Source: Squalus acanthias (lineage: Eukaryota). Taken from it: a DNA stretch of 64,000 nucleotides. Shown here in pieces: positions 35,601 through 50,600 of this stretch. A program made the position numbers and the translations under genes. Where the stretch lies: positions 175,090,001 to 175,154,000 of the forward strand of contig CM059425.1 in assembly GCA_030390025.1 (NCBI GenBank), in the 5' to 3' direction. The notes under the pieces were generated by a model that worked only from the letters and a program-made list of their open reading frames with translations, ran no database searches and was not told the DNA's origin. Every line of letters begins with the position of its first letter. Within the stretch, counting starts at the first letter, position 1.

Positions 35601-38600
35601 CTGAGGATTGGGTGAGCTTTAAAAACCAGCAAGGATGACCAAAAAATTGATGAGGGAGAAAATAGAATGAGAGTAAACTAGTAAGCAATATAAAAACAGA
35701 TTGTAAGAGCTTCTATAAGTATGTAAAAAGGAAGAGAGTAGCAAAAATAAGCGTTGGTCCCTTAGAGGCTGAGACAGGAGAATTTATAATGGGGAATAAG
35801 GAAATAGCGGAGATTTTAAACACACATTTTGTATCTGTCTTCACAGTAGAAGATACAAAAAGCATACCAAAAATAGTGGGGAACCAAGGGGCTAATGAGA
35901 GTGAGGAACTTAAAGTAATTAAGATCAGTAGAGAAAAAGTACTTGAGAAACTAATGGGACTAAAAGCTGACAAATCCCCTGGATCTGATGGCCTACATCC
36001 GAGGGTTCTAAAAGAGGTGGCTGCAGAGATAGTGGATGCATTGGTTGTGATCTTCCAAAATTCCCTAGATTCTAGAACGGTCCCAGCGGATTGGAAGGTA
36101 GTAAATGTAACCGCGCTATTCAAGAAAGGAGGGAGAGAGAAAACCGGGAACTACAGGCCAGTTAGCCTGACATCAGTTGTCGGGAAAATGCTGTAATCCA
36201 TTATTAAGGAAGTGGTAACAGGGCATTTAGGTAGGTAGAGTCAACATGGTTTTATGAAAGGGAAATAGTGTTTGACAAATTTATTAGAATTTTTTGAGGA
36301 TGTCACTAGCAGGGTAGATAAAGAGGAACCAGTGGATGTAATATATTTAGATTTCCGAAAGGCATTCGATAAGATGCCACATAAAAGGTTGTTACGCAAG
36401 ATAAGGGCTCATGGGGTTGGGGGTAAGATATTAGAATGGATAGAGGATTGGTTAACGGACAGAAAACAGAGTAGGGATAAATGGGTCATTTTCAGGTTGG
36501 CAGGCTGTAACTAGTGGGGTGCCGCAAATGATCAGTGCTTGGGCCTCAGCTAGTTACAATTTACATTAATGATTTAGTTGAAGAGACTGAGTGTAATGTA
36601 TCCAAGTTTGCTGACGATACAAAGCTAGGTGGGAAAGTAAGCTGTGAAGAGGACACCAAGAGCCTGCAAAGGGATAAAGACAGGTTAAGTGAGTGGGCAA
36701 TAAGGTGGCAGATGGAGTATAATGTGGGGAAATGTGAGGTTATTCACTTTGGTAGGAAGAATAGAAAAACAGAATATTTTTTAAATGGTGAGAAACTAAT
36801 TAAATGTTGGCATGTGCACAGTTTTGGTCTCCTTATCAGAGGAAGGATATATTTGCCTTCGAGATGGTGCAACAAAGGTTCACTAGATTGATTCCTTGGA
36901 TGAGAGGGTTGTCCTATGAGGAGTGATTGAGTAGATTGGGCCTATACTCTCTGGAGTTTGGAAGAATGAGAGATGATCTCATTGAAACATACAAGATTCT
37001 GAAAGGGATTGACGGGTAAATGCTGAGAGGTTGTTTCCCCTGGCTGGAGAGTCTCGAACTAGGGGCATAGTCTCAGGATAAGGGGTCGGCCATTTAAGAC
37101 TGAGATGAGGAGGAATTTCTTCACTCAGAGGGTTGTGAATCTTTGGAATTCTCTACCCCAGAGGACTGTGAATGCTGAGTCTTTGAGTATATTCAAGGCT
37201 GTGATAGATAGATTTTTAGACTCTAGGGGAATCAAGGGATATGGGGATCGAGCAGGAAAGTGGAGTTGAGGTCGAAGATCAGCCATGATCTTATTGAATG
37301 GCGGAGCAGGCTCGAGGGGCCGTATGGCCTACTCCTGTTCCTAATTCTTATGTTCTTATTACTAAATTTCCTCACTGTTATGAAATTATTGAGCTGTATT
37401 TATTTTCCCTTCTACCCCAGTTGCTGCTTATCTAATTTCTGATACAGGTATGTAACTTTAAGAAGGTAATTCTGCAGGTGATTATTGATGAGACGTGCTC
37501 TTCTATAGGCCACCTCCCTACTTTTCACTTTTAAAAAGAAAAACTCATGCCATTCTCTCCCCACCCCCCCCCACTTTGTTATACAGAGTGGGGTGACACA
37601 GGATCAGATGCTCTGTGATGCCTTTCTTCATTTGATGGATTTAAATATCATAAAATATTGTTTTTAAAAAGTAATTAGCATAGACTTGTGTGGCGTTCGA
37701 TTAAATGTGTGCATTTATTTTTGTGTTCAATATATTTGGCATTTAGTGATAAGTTTTGTATGTTGCTTTCAGGTTCTTGAAGAAACTGGGTTCGACATAA
37801 GAGATCGCATTTGTAAAGACGACTTCATTGAACAAAGAATCAATGATCAATTAGCTCGACTGTATATAATCCCAGGTGTTCCAAAGGATACAAAGTTTAA
37901 CCCTAAAACAAGAAGAGAAATCCGGGTATAAAATATTTGAACTTGGAAATTCAGTTTTGCCTTGTTGCATTTTAAAGACTGCCCGGCAATCTTATAAAGC
38001 AGTAGTTCAATGTAGTAGACTGCTTTGTTGCACTGAATAGTGTGCTGAATAGAATATGTCTATGTCTCTTTTTTTTATTTTTTATATTGGTCACTTGTAA
38101 TCCAAGCTCTCTTCAGTAATTGGATCATGCTTATATTATGTGAAGTGAATATTTAACAATGTAAATCTTTAAGAATTATGCAGACCATTGGAAATTGTGT
38201 TTGACCCCAAGTTGAGCTTTCTTCACCTCTGCTCAGTTACCAAAATCACTGTCTTCCGCCTCCATCCCTATTTCTCCTTTTTCCTACTGCATACCTTCAC
38301 CTCGAGGCTTGATGTCTTCAACAGCCTTCTATCTGGCCTCCCTGCAACCTTCCACAAGTTTCAACACATAGCCAACATCTTCACCAAAGTAAGTCCATTC
38401 CCATCACCACATCCCATCGTCTCCAGCATCCCCATATCCCAGCGTGCCAATTTCAAAATTCTCATCCTTGTTTTCAAATTTCTCCATGTCTTTACCCTAC
38501 CTTACCGACTGATCTCCTGCCTTACTTCATGTGCAATGACTTCTCTTCTCACTCCTGCATCGTTACCACTGGTGTCCTCCAAGGCTCTATCGTTGACCCC

Positions 38601-41600
38601 CCCCCCCCCATTTCTCATCTACATGCTGCCCCTCGGCGACATCATCCGAAAACACAGCGTCAGTTTCCACATGTACGCTGACGACACCCAGCTCTACCTC
38701 GCCACCACTTCTCTCGACCCCTCCCCGGTCTCTAAATTGTCAGACTGCTTGTCCGACATCCAGTACTAGAGGAGCAGAAATTTCCTCCAATTAAATATTG
38801 GGAAGACCAAAGCCATTGTCTTCGGTCCTAGCCACTGACTCCATCCCTCTCCTTAACATCTGTCTGAGGCTCAACCAGACTGTTCGCAACCTTGGTGTCA
38901 TATTTGAATCTAAAATGAGCTTCCGATCACACATCCGTGCCATAACTAAGATCGCCCATTTCTACCTCCGCCCTTGCCTCAGTTCATCTGCTGCTGAAAC
39001 CCTCATCCATGTCTTTGTTACCTCTAGACTTGACTATTCCAACGCACTCCTGGCTGGCCTCCCACATTCTACCCTCTGTAAACTTGAGGTCATCCAAAAC
39101 TCAGCTGCCCATGTCCTAACTCGCACCAAGTCCCGTTCACCCATCTCCCCTGTGCTCGCTGACCTACATTGGCTTCTGGTTAAGCAATGCCTCGATTTTT
39201 AAAATTCTCATCCTTGTTTTCAAATCCCTTCATGGCCTCGCGTGCACCCGCTTCCTCCTCTCCTCCCCCCCCCCCCCCGCCCCCTGCAGATATCTGCGCT
39301 CCTCTAATTCTGGCCTCTTGAGCATCCCTGATTTTAGTCACTCAACCATTGGTGGCCAATCCTTCAGCTGCCTAGGCCCTAAGCTCTGGAATTCCCTGCC
39401 TAAACCTTTCTGCCTCTCTCTCTCTCTTTCCTCCTTTAAGACACTCTTTAAAACTTACCTCTTTGACAAAGCTTTTGGTCATCTGCCCTAATAGCTCCTC
39501 ATGTGGCTCAGTGTCAAATTTTGTTTTAGGGCACTCCTGTGAAGCGCCTTGGGATGTTTTACTACGTTAAAGGCACTATATAAATACAAGTTGTTGTTGC
39601 ATGTACTCTCTGGTCCTCTAATACAGGATTTCTCCTCATCCTAACTCTTGCTGTTTCACCACTGGTGACCACCTGTTCGGCCACTATGCTTCTGCGCTCT
39701 GCAGCTATACTCAGTTCCTCTGCCTTGCCCACCCCTCTTATTGCTTTCAAAAACCTCCTCAAAAACTCTTTTTAAACCATTTCCTTGGTTCCTATCCTAG
39801 CTTCTCCATTTCCTTCCTCTTTCCCTATGCAGTGTCCACCCTATCTATCCCTTTCCTCCATTATTGTAAAGCGCTCTGAGGTGTCATCCTACGGGTGAGA
39901 AGTGCTATATAAATGCATGTTTTTTAATGCTACCATATACTTGGTTTTTAGAATATTGAATGGTTTTCCATCGAGAAGTTGCCATCCCATAGGAATGACA
40001 TGACTCCCAAGTCAAAACTGGGTTTAGCACCAAATAAGTTTTTCATGGCTATTCCATTTATAAGGTATGGTTGAACATGTGATACCCTTGTTTTTTTTCC
40101 TCTTTCAAAAGCTAATTTATGATTTTTTTTAAAAATATGCATTCTGGCTCCTGTTTAAAATGGGTTCACATTCGAGGTGTACAGGATCAATCCAGAAGTA
40201 CATTTCACTATTTAAAATCCTGTTTTGATTACTGGATAATAAAATGATTAGATCATTGTACTGTACCAAGCTGGTGCTAGGTAGTTTATTTGTAAAGGTT
40301 ATTTTGTTGATTTACAAGTTTGGTAAATCTTGTTGGTATGGACCTAGCATCTATTCTTGTGTAACCATTTGACATAAAACTTGTTTCTAGGACATCAGAG
40401 TTTAAGTATGCTACTGTTTTTATCACAGACCACTAAAAGACTGGATATCCAAAAACTATGCGGATTCTTCAGATAGCGATGGCCTTGTATCTAATAGCAC
40501 TACTCCATCCAAAACTTTATTGGAAAAATTAAATGCAAGGTAAGTGTAGTTTGGATAAAAGGGTATGACTGACATTTAGAATGCTTGTGGACTTTTTTGC
40601 TGGTGAGATGGTAATGGAGATATACTATAAATCAAATGCTGAATTTGTTTTCAGAATGTGAAGATTGGAAATTTGGCAATTTGTTTTAATTTGGGGTTGC
40701 CATTCTTTTAAATGTGAAACCTGGACTGTTCTACGGCCCAGCCCAACATAACGTACTAAGATGAGCCTTAACAATCTGTACCCCTCGCCCCTGGAAGTAG
40801 GATTATAGGCACACTTGATTTAAAAAAAAAAAAATTCACATTAGAATTGATATTTAGCAGGTTATATGTTCAACAATGAAATGCAGGTGTTTGAATAATA
40901 TTGAGGGACATTTATATCTCTCATTTACATGTTGGGTAGTAATCTCCTGATTACTTTTTGTTCACATGCTGGAAAAGTTAAGGAGAGGAAGACTAGGAAT
41001 GTTAATGTGTGGCTGCAGGGCTGGTGCAGGAGGGAAGAGTTCATATCCTTAGGGTGAGTTTTGGAACGAAGGAAGGCTATGCTGAAGATACGGCTTTCAC
41101 CTGAATTGAAATGGCACCACTGTCCTCGTGAAGGGGGTAAATAGAGCAGTGGGTAATGATTTAAACTAATATGAAGGTGGCTATAGGGAAATCTAGGTGT
41201 GAGCGATTTATTAAAGCTGTTGAGATAGAACCAGAAGGCTTAGCTGAAGTAAATAGAAAATATTGGAGAATGGGAAAGAAGGAGTGGGATAACAAGAGAT
41301 GATAAACACTGTAGAACAGGCAAATATATTGAAAAATGAACTGAGAAAAAGAATAAGGGTCAATGCTACAAAAAATGGAGTCAGGATTTAGTGGTATGCA
41401 TGTGAATGCACAAAGCATCCAAAACAAAATTGGAGACCTGGAAGCATTAATAACTATAGATGGCTATGATCTAGTAGTTGTTCTGGAGATGGTTTGGGTT
41501 TGAACAGGACTAGGAATTAAATATTCCTCATCATAGCATTTCCAGGAGAGATAGGTAAGAGTGGGGGTGGGATGGCAATGTTGGTAAAGGGCTCTATTGC

Positions 41601-44600
41601 AGCACTAGAACTTAAGGATGTTCGAGAAGGTTGTATTAAGATAGAGTTAAGAAATGGTACAATTCTCAGTATGTATTACAGGCCACAACAGTGGAGATGA
41701 GATAGAGGGATAGCTTCTGTAAATAGTTGAGAGATGCAAGAACAAAGTAATAATGATGATTTAACTTTCCCAGGATAGAATGAGTTGAAAGTAATGAATG
41801 TGGTCAAAATAGGGATTGCTTCTTACAATGCATCCAGGACTGCTTCTTAGATGAGTTTGATGCTTCTCCAACAAGGACAAAAACATTACTTTGCTGAGTC
41901 ATTAAGGCCCTGGTAGCATGCATATAGACTGTCGAAAGAATGTCCTCAAATATGCAAATTATGCCTTGGTACTGAAGAGAAGGATAAACTGGGTAATTCA
42001 CAAACAATTAGTCTGCCCATTGAGGGCAAACTCTTAAAATCCATAATTCAAGGTAAAATTAGTGAGCATTTAGAAATGCATGGTTTAATTGAGGGCAACC
42101 AGCGCAGATTTGTTAAAGGTGAGTTGTGTTTGACAAATTTAAGAGCTTTTTGAACATAACATAAGAAATAGGAGCAGGAGTAGGCCATTCGGCCCTTCGA
42201 GCCTGCTCCGCCATTCAATTAAATCCTGGCTGATCTGATCTTGGCCTCAACTCCACTTTTCTGCCTGTTCCCCATAACCCTTGACTCCCCTGTAGTTCAA
42301 AAATCTGTCTACCTTAGCCTTGAATATATTCAATGACTCAGATTCACGACTCTTTGAGAGAAGAAATTCCTCCTCATGTCCGTCTTAAATGGGCGACCCC
42401 TTATTCTGAAACTATGCCCCCTAGTTCTAGATTCCGCCACGAGGGGAAACATCCTCTCAGCATCTACCCTGTCAAGCCTCCTCAGAATCTTATGTTTCAA
42501 TAAGATCACCTCATTCTTCTAAACTCCAATGTGTATAGGCTCAACCTTTCCTCATAAGACAACCCCTTCATCTCAGGAATCAACCTAGTGAACCTTCTCT
42601 GAACTGCCTCCAATGCAAGTATATCCCTCCTCAAATAAGGAGACCAAAACTGTACGCAGTACTCTAGGTGTAGTCTCACCAACATCCTGTACAGTTGTAG
42701 CAAGAATTCCCTACTTTTATACTCCATTCCCCTGGCAATAAAGGCCAACATTCCATTTGCCTTCCTAATTACTTGCTGTACCTGCATGCTAACTTTTTGT
42801 GTTTCATGTACGAGGACACCCAGATCACTCTGTACCGCAGCATTCTGTAGTCTCTCTCCATTTAATTAATATTTTACTTCTCTATTCTTCCTACCAAAGT
42901 GGATAACCTCACATTTTCCCACATTATACTATCTATGTCCCTTTGTAGACTTTGTGTCCTCCTCACAACTTGCTTTCCCACCTTTCTCTTTATCGTCCGC
43001 AAATGTGGCTACAGTACACTCGGTCCCTTCATCTAAGTCATTAATATAGATTGTAAATAGTTGAGGCCCCAGCACTGGTCCCTGTGGCACCCCACTAGTT
43101 ACAGTTTGTCAACCTGAAAATGACCCATTAGTTAGCCAATCCTCTATCCATGCTAATATATTACCCCCAACACCATGAGCTCTTAGCTTGTGCAGCAACC
43201 TTTTATGTGGCACCTAATCGAATGCCTTTTGGAAATCCAAATACACCACATCTACTGGATCCCCTTTATCCACCCTGCTCGTTACATCCTCAAAGAACTC
43301 TAATAATTTGTCAAACACGATTTCCCTTTCATAAAACCATCTTAACTCTGCTTGATTGTATTATGATTTTCTAAATGTCCTGCTACTACTTCCTTAATAA
43401 TGAATTCTAGCATTTTCTCAATGACAGATGTTAGGCTAACTGGCCTATAGTTTCCTGCTTTCTGTCTCCCTCCTTTCTTGAATAGCGGGGTTACATTTGC
43501 GGTATTCCAATCCGCTGGGACCTTTCCAGAGTCTAGGGAATTTTGGAAGATTACAACCAATGCATCCACTATCTCTGCAGCCACTTCTTTTAAGACCCTA
43601 GGATGCAGGCCATCAGGTTCAGGGGACTTGTCAGCCTTTAGTTTGCCTAGTACTTTTTCTCTAGTGGTAGTGATTGTTTTAAGTTCCTCCCTCCCTTTTG
43701 CCCCTTGATTTTCCACTATTATTGGGATGCTTTTAGTGTCTTCTACCGTGAAGACGGATACAAAATATTTGTTCAAAGTCTCTGCCATTTCCTTGTTTCC
43801 CATTATTAATTCTCTAGTCTCATCCTCTAAGTGACCAATGTTTACTTTAGCTACTCTCTCTCTCTTTTTATATGCTTGTAGAAGCTCTTGCTGTCTGTTT
43901 TTATATTTCTTGCTAGTTTACTCTCATAATCTATTTTCTCCCTCTTATTTTTTTAGTCGTCCTTTGCAAGTTTCTAAAAATTTCCCAATCTTCTGGCCTA
44001 CCACGAATCTTCGCAGCATTGTATGCCTTTTCTTTCAATTTGATACCCTCCTTAACTTCCTTAGTAAGCCACGGATGGTTCATCCGTCTCGTAGAGTCAT
44101 TCTTTCTCACTGGCATATATCTTTGTTGAGAGTTATGAAATATCTCCTTAAAAGTCTGCCACTGCTTATCCTACCGTCTTACCTTTTAATCTGTTTTCCT
44201 AGTCTACTTTAGCTAATTCTGTCTTCATACACTTGTAATTGCCTTTATTTAAGTTTAAGACACTAGCTTCAGACCCAAGTTTCTCACCCTCAAACTGAAT
44301 GTAAAATGCTATCATGTTATGATCACTCTTCCCTAGAGGATCCTTTACTATGAGATCATTAATTAATCCTGTCTCATTACCAGATCTAAAATAGCCTGTT
44401 CCCTGGTTGGTTTCACAACGTATTGTTCTAAGAAACTGTCCTGAATATACTCTATGAACTCGTCCTCAAGGCTATCTTTGCCAATTTGATTTGTCTAATC
44501 TATATGATGATTAAAATCGCCCATGATTATTGCAGTACCTTTCTTGCAAGCCCCCATTATTTCTTGATTTATACTTTGTCCCTTGTAGCTACTGTTGGGA

Positions 44601-47600
44601 GGCCTATAGACTACTCCCACCAGTGACTTCTTTCCCTTATTATTTCTTATCTCCACCCAAACTGATTCTACATCTTGATCTTCTGAGCCAAGATCATTAC
44701 TGTACTGATCTCATCCTTTATTAACAGAGCTACCTCACCTCTTTTACCTTTCTGCCTATCCTTCCAAAATGTCTCATACTCTTGAATATTTAGTTCCCAG
44801 CCTTGGTCACCTTGCAGCCATGTCTCTGTAATGGCTATCAGATCATACCCATTTATTTCTATTTGTGCCATCAATTCATCTATCTTGTTACGAATGCTGC
44901 ATGCATTCAGATAAAGAGCCTTTAATTTTGTCTTTTTACCATTTTTCCCTACTCTGATCCTATTTGCTGGTGTACTCTTATGCTTTCACACTCTGGTTAT
45001 CATTACCCCTATCGCTACCCTGCACTATTGCCTTGTCCTTTCTCTTTAACTTTCTAAGTTTCCCCTCACCTGAACCCTCCCACCCACTATTTAGTTTAAA
45101 GCCCTACCTACAGCCCTAGTTATTCGATAGGTCGGGACACTTTCCCAGCATGGTTCAAGTGAAGCCCGTCCCAACGGAACAGCTCCCTCTTTTCCCCCGT
45201 ACTGGTGCCAGTGCCCCATAAATCGAAACCCATTTCTCCCACACCAATCCTTGAGCCACACATTCAACTCTCTGATCTTATTGACCCAAAGCCAATTTGT
45301 TCGTGGCTCAGGTAGTAATCCAGAGATTATTACCTTTGTGGTTCTGCTTTATAATTTAGCCCCTAGCTGCTCAAACTCCCTCAGCAGAACCTCTTTCTTA
45401 GTCCTACTTATGTTGTTGGTACCTACATGGACCACGACAACTGGATCCTCCCCCTCCCACTTCAAGTTCCTCTCCAGCCCCGAGGAGATGTCCTTAACCC
45501 TGGCACCGGGCAGGCAACACAGCCTTCGACACTCATGCTCTCGGCTGCAGAAAACTATCTATCTCCCTAACTATACTGTCCCCTACCACTACTACATTCC
45601 TTTTTACTTCCCCACTTGAATGGCCCCCTGTACCATAGTGCTGTGGTCAGTTTGCTCATCCTCCCTGCAGTCCCTGCTCTTGTCCACACAGGCTGCAAGA
45701 ACCTCGTACCTGTTGGACAAATGCAAGGGCTGAGGCTTCTCCAGTGCTACCTTCTGGATCCCCATACCTGCCTCACTCGTAGTCACACCCTCCTGTCTCT
45801 GACCATGGACCAAATCTGAAGTATTTAACCTAAGGGGTGTGACTGCCTCCTGGAACAAAGTGTCCAGGTAACTTTCTCCCTTCCTGATGTATCGCAGTGT
45901 TCGAAGCTTGGACTCCAGCTCATCAACTCTGAGCCGAAGTTCCTCGAGCTGCGGACACTTACTGCAGATGTGGTTGCTGTGGATCCCACATGCTGCAGCT
46001 GCAACACCTCACCGGCCCTGCCATATCTATTGTATTTTGTTTAACTAATTAGGTTTCCAAGTTTTGAAATACTCAATTGTCTATTAATAGTTTTTAATCT
46101 AGGTAATAACCTTGTTTAATTTATTAAATTTAGTTATATGCTTTAGGTCTTTACTGTAACTTAGCCTACAGTCCTAATGTAACCCTAGTTGTTTATATTT
46201 TTTTATGTATCAAGCAGCACCTCTTACCCCCACCTCCCCAAATTCTCATGTTTAGTACTCTGTAGAAGCAGTACTCCATAGAACTGGACTCCGAGCTACT
46301 TACCACCGTGTGTTAGCCAAAGAAGTGACTGATTTTAATACATAAAGGATGTGGTGTACCTGGACTTTCAGAATGCATTTGATGAGGTGTTGCATAAGAA
46401 GCTTGTTAGAAAATTCAGGTGTATAGTAGAAGAAATGTAGTGGCATGGAGGTAATATTGGATATTAAATACTAAACAAAATTGAGATAAGTGGTTGTTTA
46501 GATTGGAGAAGAGTTGGAAGTGGTGGATCCCAAGGATTACTGCTCGGTCCACCTTTTTTATTGGGGTATATATAAATGATTTGGACTAGTGAAATTTGCT
46601 GACTGCACAAGTGGGGGTAGTTGGCGAACAGTGAAGAGGACAATAGAAGAGGGATGGCAAACATTAGTGGAATGGGCAGACAGGTAGCAGATGCAATTTA
46701 TTGTGGATAAGTGAGAGCTATTATATTCTGGGAGAAAAAACGAGGCCTATACTAAATGAAAAGACTTTGAAAGGTGTGAATGAACAAAGACCAAGGGGTT
46801 CAAATACATTGAGAGTTTAGACAAACGTACAGGAACAGAAATGATCAACTTGCCCTTCGAGCGTTCTCCATCCACAATCTAACCCAAGCCGATCGTTCTT
46901 CCCCTCGCCCTCTTGCAGTCTCCTGGGTGGGGACCATTGGCCAGTTTAGTGGGGCAAAAACCTCTCCGAAATTCCTCTCTAATCCCTGCAGGCAATCAAG
47001 CTAGTTGTAGGAGATGATGGTGACTGATACTACTACCCTGTCAACCCACATACCTTCTTTAGCTGACAGCTTCCATTTGCAGGAACTCGTCCAGCTTCCC
47101 CTGTAAATGATTGCAGCAAATCTGCAGTTACTGCCTGTGCTGGCAACATGATTCAGAGGTTAATGACTTCCTGCAAAAAAGAACTTCCTGGACTCTAACC
47201 TAACTCTGTGCTTCTATAACTTATACAGATGTCCCCGAGTTCTCCTCCTCTTAACTAATGTAAGTAAGCTGCTCACTCGAACAAAATAAAACATACAAAA
47301 TTGATGGTCAGGAAAAGACCAGCTGGCCCATCAAGCCTTCCCCACACCACGATGGCCGGAGCATCCTGACTAAACACTTCTTTCCACCTCCCCTCCCCAG
47401 CCATGTAATCTCCTGGGAGAGGCGAAAAAAACCAGGGCCAATAAGGGGGAAAAAATACTCTGGAAAAGTCCCCTCCAACCCACCCAGGAGACCAAAACCA
47501 GCCCAGGAGATCACATGTACCAAGTGTTATCTATAAAGGCACTTTCTTTCTATATGATACGATCTCTGCCCCAGTCAATAACCAGTCCAGCTCCCTCTTG

Positions 47601-50600
47601 AAGGTATACAGAAAGTCAGCACCCACCACACCAGCCGGTAATGTATTCTAGAGGCTCATTACTACTCTGAGACTGTCTAAACTCATTTTACATGGAACTC
47701 TCATAGCCAACCGACTTTTTTTAAGCACAGCAGACGGATTGAAATCTAGTTCCCTGAGGCAAAGACTATTATACTGTGCCACCCAGTCCTCTGTCGTGTT
47801 TCATTTTATAGCCATTTCCTATCACGTGGTCCATCACCAGTATTAGTTCAGTAACAGTATAACTGAAGTAATTGTAGTGTCAGCTGTGGTTCAGTAGGTA
47901 GCGCTCGCCTCTGAGTAAGAAGGTTGTGGGTTCAAATCTCACTCCAGAGACTTGAGCACTCTGGGAGTGCTGCACTGCCGGAAGTGCCGTCTTTCGGATG
48001 AGACGTTAAACAGGGTCTGCCCCCTCGGGTGGATGTAAAAGATCCCCTGACACTATTTGAAGAACAACAGGAGAGTTCTCCCCAGTGTCCTGGCCAATAT
48101 TTATCCCTTAACCAACATCACTAAAACAGATTACCTTGTCATTATCTCATTACTGTTTGTGGGACCTTGCTATGTGCAAGTTGACTGCTGCATTTCATAC
48201 ATTACAGCTGCTGATAGCTTTGATTGAATTGTGCTGTACGATGTACGGTTTGAGGAGTACGGTGATCCTGTATTTAAGGAATTTGTTTGGCAAATTGACT
48301 TTGCTCAATAATTAATTTGTGAATTCAAAGGAAAAAGTTGGCATGCACCTGTGTAGGCTATAGAAAGAAAGAATGAACTTGCATTTATTAAGTGCCTTAT
48401 GTCTTAAATGTCCAGAAGTGCTTCACAGTGAATTACTTTAAAATTTAGTAATTGCTATGTAGGTGACCGTGGCTGCCATTTTGCGCAGCAGTCTTATAAA
48501 TGGCAGTGAGATGTACAACCAGTTAAATTTTTTTGTTGGTTGTGGAAGGAATGTTGCCAGAACAATAGAAGAACTTCCTGCACTTTTAATGGTGATGTGG
48601 GATTTTTAACTCTCACCAGAAAAGGCAGATAAGTTCACCTGTTCAATGTCTCATCTGAAAAATAGCACTTCTGACGATGCAACATCCTTTGGTTCTGCAC
48701 TGAAATGTTAGCCATGAATTTGTGCTTGCATCCTGGTGTGGGATTTGAAATCTCAGTAGATTATATATTGAAACTTCAGTGTGAAAGATACAAATGAAAA
48801 ATAACCAGTTTTCTTTTATCAAACAGAAAAATCTTTCATAAAACCTATCTGTGAATTTATGTTTGTTAGATCACGAGCACGGCAGAATCAGCAGTTACTT
48901 GAGTCGTTCACAGGAGAGCAATGGGGGTGCTCCGTTAAACACAGACCGCTGCAGAAGCCATTCAGTCAAACCAATCAATCTGACACTTCTGAGACCGTGA
49001 AGGCAAGGGTGAGAGACTAATATTAACTGAAGAAAAATATCTGGTCTTTCTGTAGGGTACAAGTTCAGTAAAACAAACAATTATTTTCAGTGACAAATAG
49101 CATATTGCTGTAGTTTTACAAGCTGATGATCTGGGATGATTTAATCCAGCATCATTCTCCCATAGTATGTGTTCATAGCTTTGTTTCTTCCAGTCATTGG
49201 CAGGTATTCTGGGAACACAAGGTAATGAGCTCTGACAAATATTTTGGGTACTTAATTATTAAATAGGATTTTTTTATTTGAGCATTTTATCCATATGAAT
49301 TTAATGTAGTGCAGAAACAGATAGAATAGTTACATTTTTTTCATTATTATGGGCAAGTTTCCTACTTTTTCTGCAATTTTATCTCCTTTAACTGTCCAGC
49401 TGAGGCCTGATGTTCTGATCCAAACAGCCACACAACTCCTCCCACTCCTTACCACAGTTTTGAGCCCTGTTCCAGGCCTGGTCTTCATAGTCCCTCTGCC
49501 TTTTTTTTAAATACAGTGGACATATTGATTGCTTAAGTTTAAAAAAAAATAGGATTTGTGCTGTTAAAGGTAAGGCACATAAGTTAAAATACACAGGTTG
49601 TGAAAGATAATTAAATATAATTTTTGCACAAGATAATTACATTCCAAGCTAAATATTGAGGTAGAATTTTTTTTTACAAGTAAACTGAAATGGAGAGCCA
49701 ACAAAATGCAAATACTTGGGGGATGATATGGGTTATTTTTCATCTGATTGAGCAATGCCACTGGGAGAGCTGTTTTTTTTTTAAACATTGGTGAAACACA
49801 TCTGCTGTATCCATAGGAGGGCATTAAGTTCTATACCAAGGTCATCTTCATAGAGATGATCCTACAGTAAGCTACATGCTTTTTCAACTTTTTATTAATT
49901 TTGTTTTCATCAGTTTTTTTCCCTGCCATCTTCAAGAAGTATTCATGATCTCAAATCCTTTTACTGTGTTAACTACGAACAGTGACATACAGGAAAAGAC
50001 CCTCTGGTCCATCCAGCCTGTTCCACGCAATTGTGATACCTTGTGCATCACAATATATACACGCCCCACTCCGCCCAAAACCATGTGATCTCCTGGGAGA
50101 GGCAAAAAAACAGATTTAAAAATCCAGGCCAATCTGGGAAATTCCTCTCCAACCTCCTTCGGTGGTTAAAACTGGTCCAGGAGATCACTTTGGCCATGAT
50201 GATTCTATGCAGTACCTACCTTTTGTACAATGTGATCTCTTCCCCAGCCAGAAAGCGGTCCAGCTCTCGCTTGAAGGAATTCAGTGAATTGTCATCCACC
50301 GCACCAGCCGGCAGCCTGTTCCAAAGGTCCACTATTCTGTGGGAAAAGAACCATCTCCTGACCTCTAACCTAGATCTGGCCTTGTACAACTTAAAATTGT
50401 GATCCTGGTCCTCCCTAACCTATTTAATTGGAACAAATTGTCTACTCGAACACAATTTATTTCCTTCATCATCTTGTAAACATCAATCAAATCACCCCCA
50501 AGTCTATGTTTTTCTCAAGTGTAGAGTCCCAGATCTTTTACCCTATTGTAATAACTATGATGCTTCAAACTGGGAATTAATCTAGTGGCCCTCCTCTGCA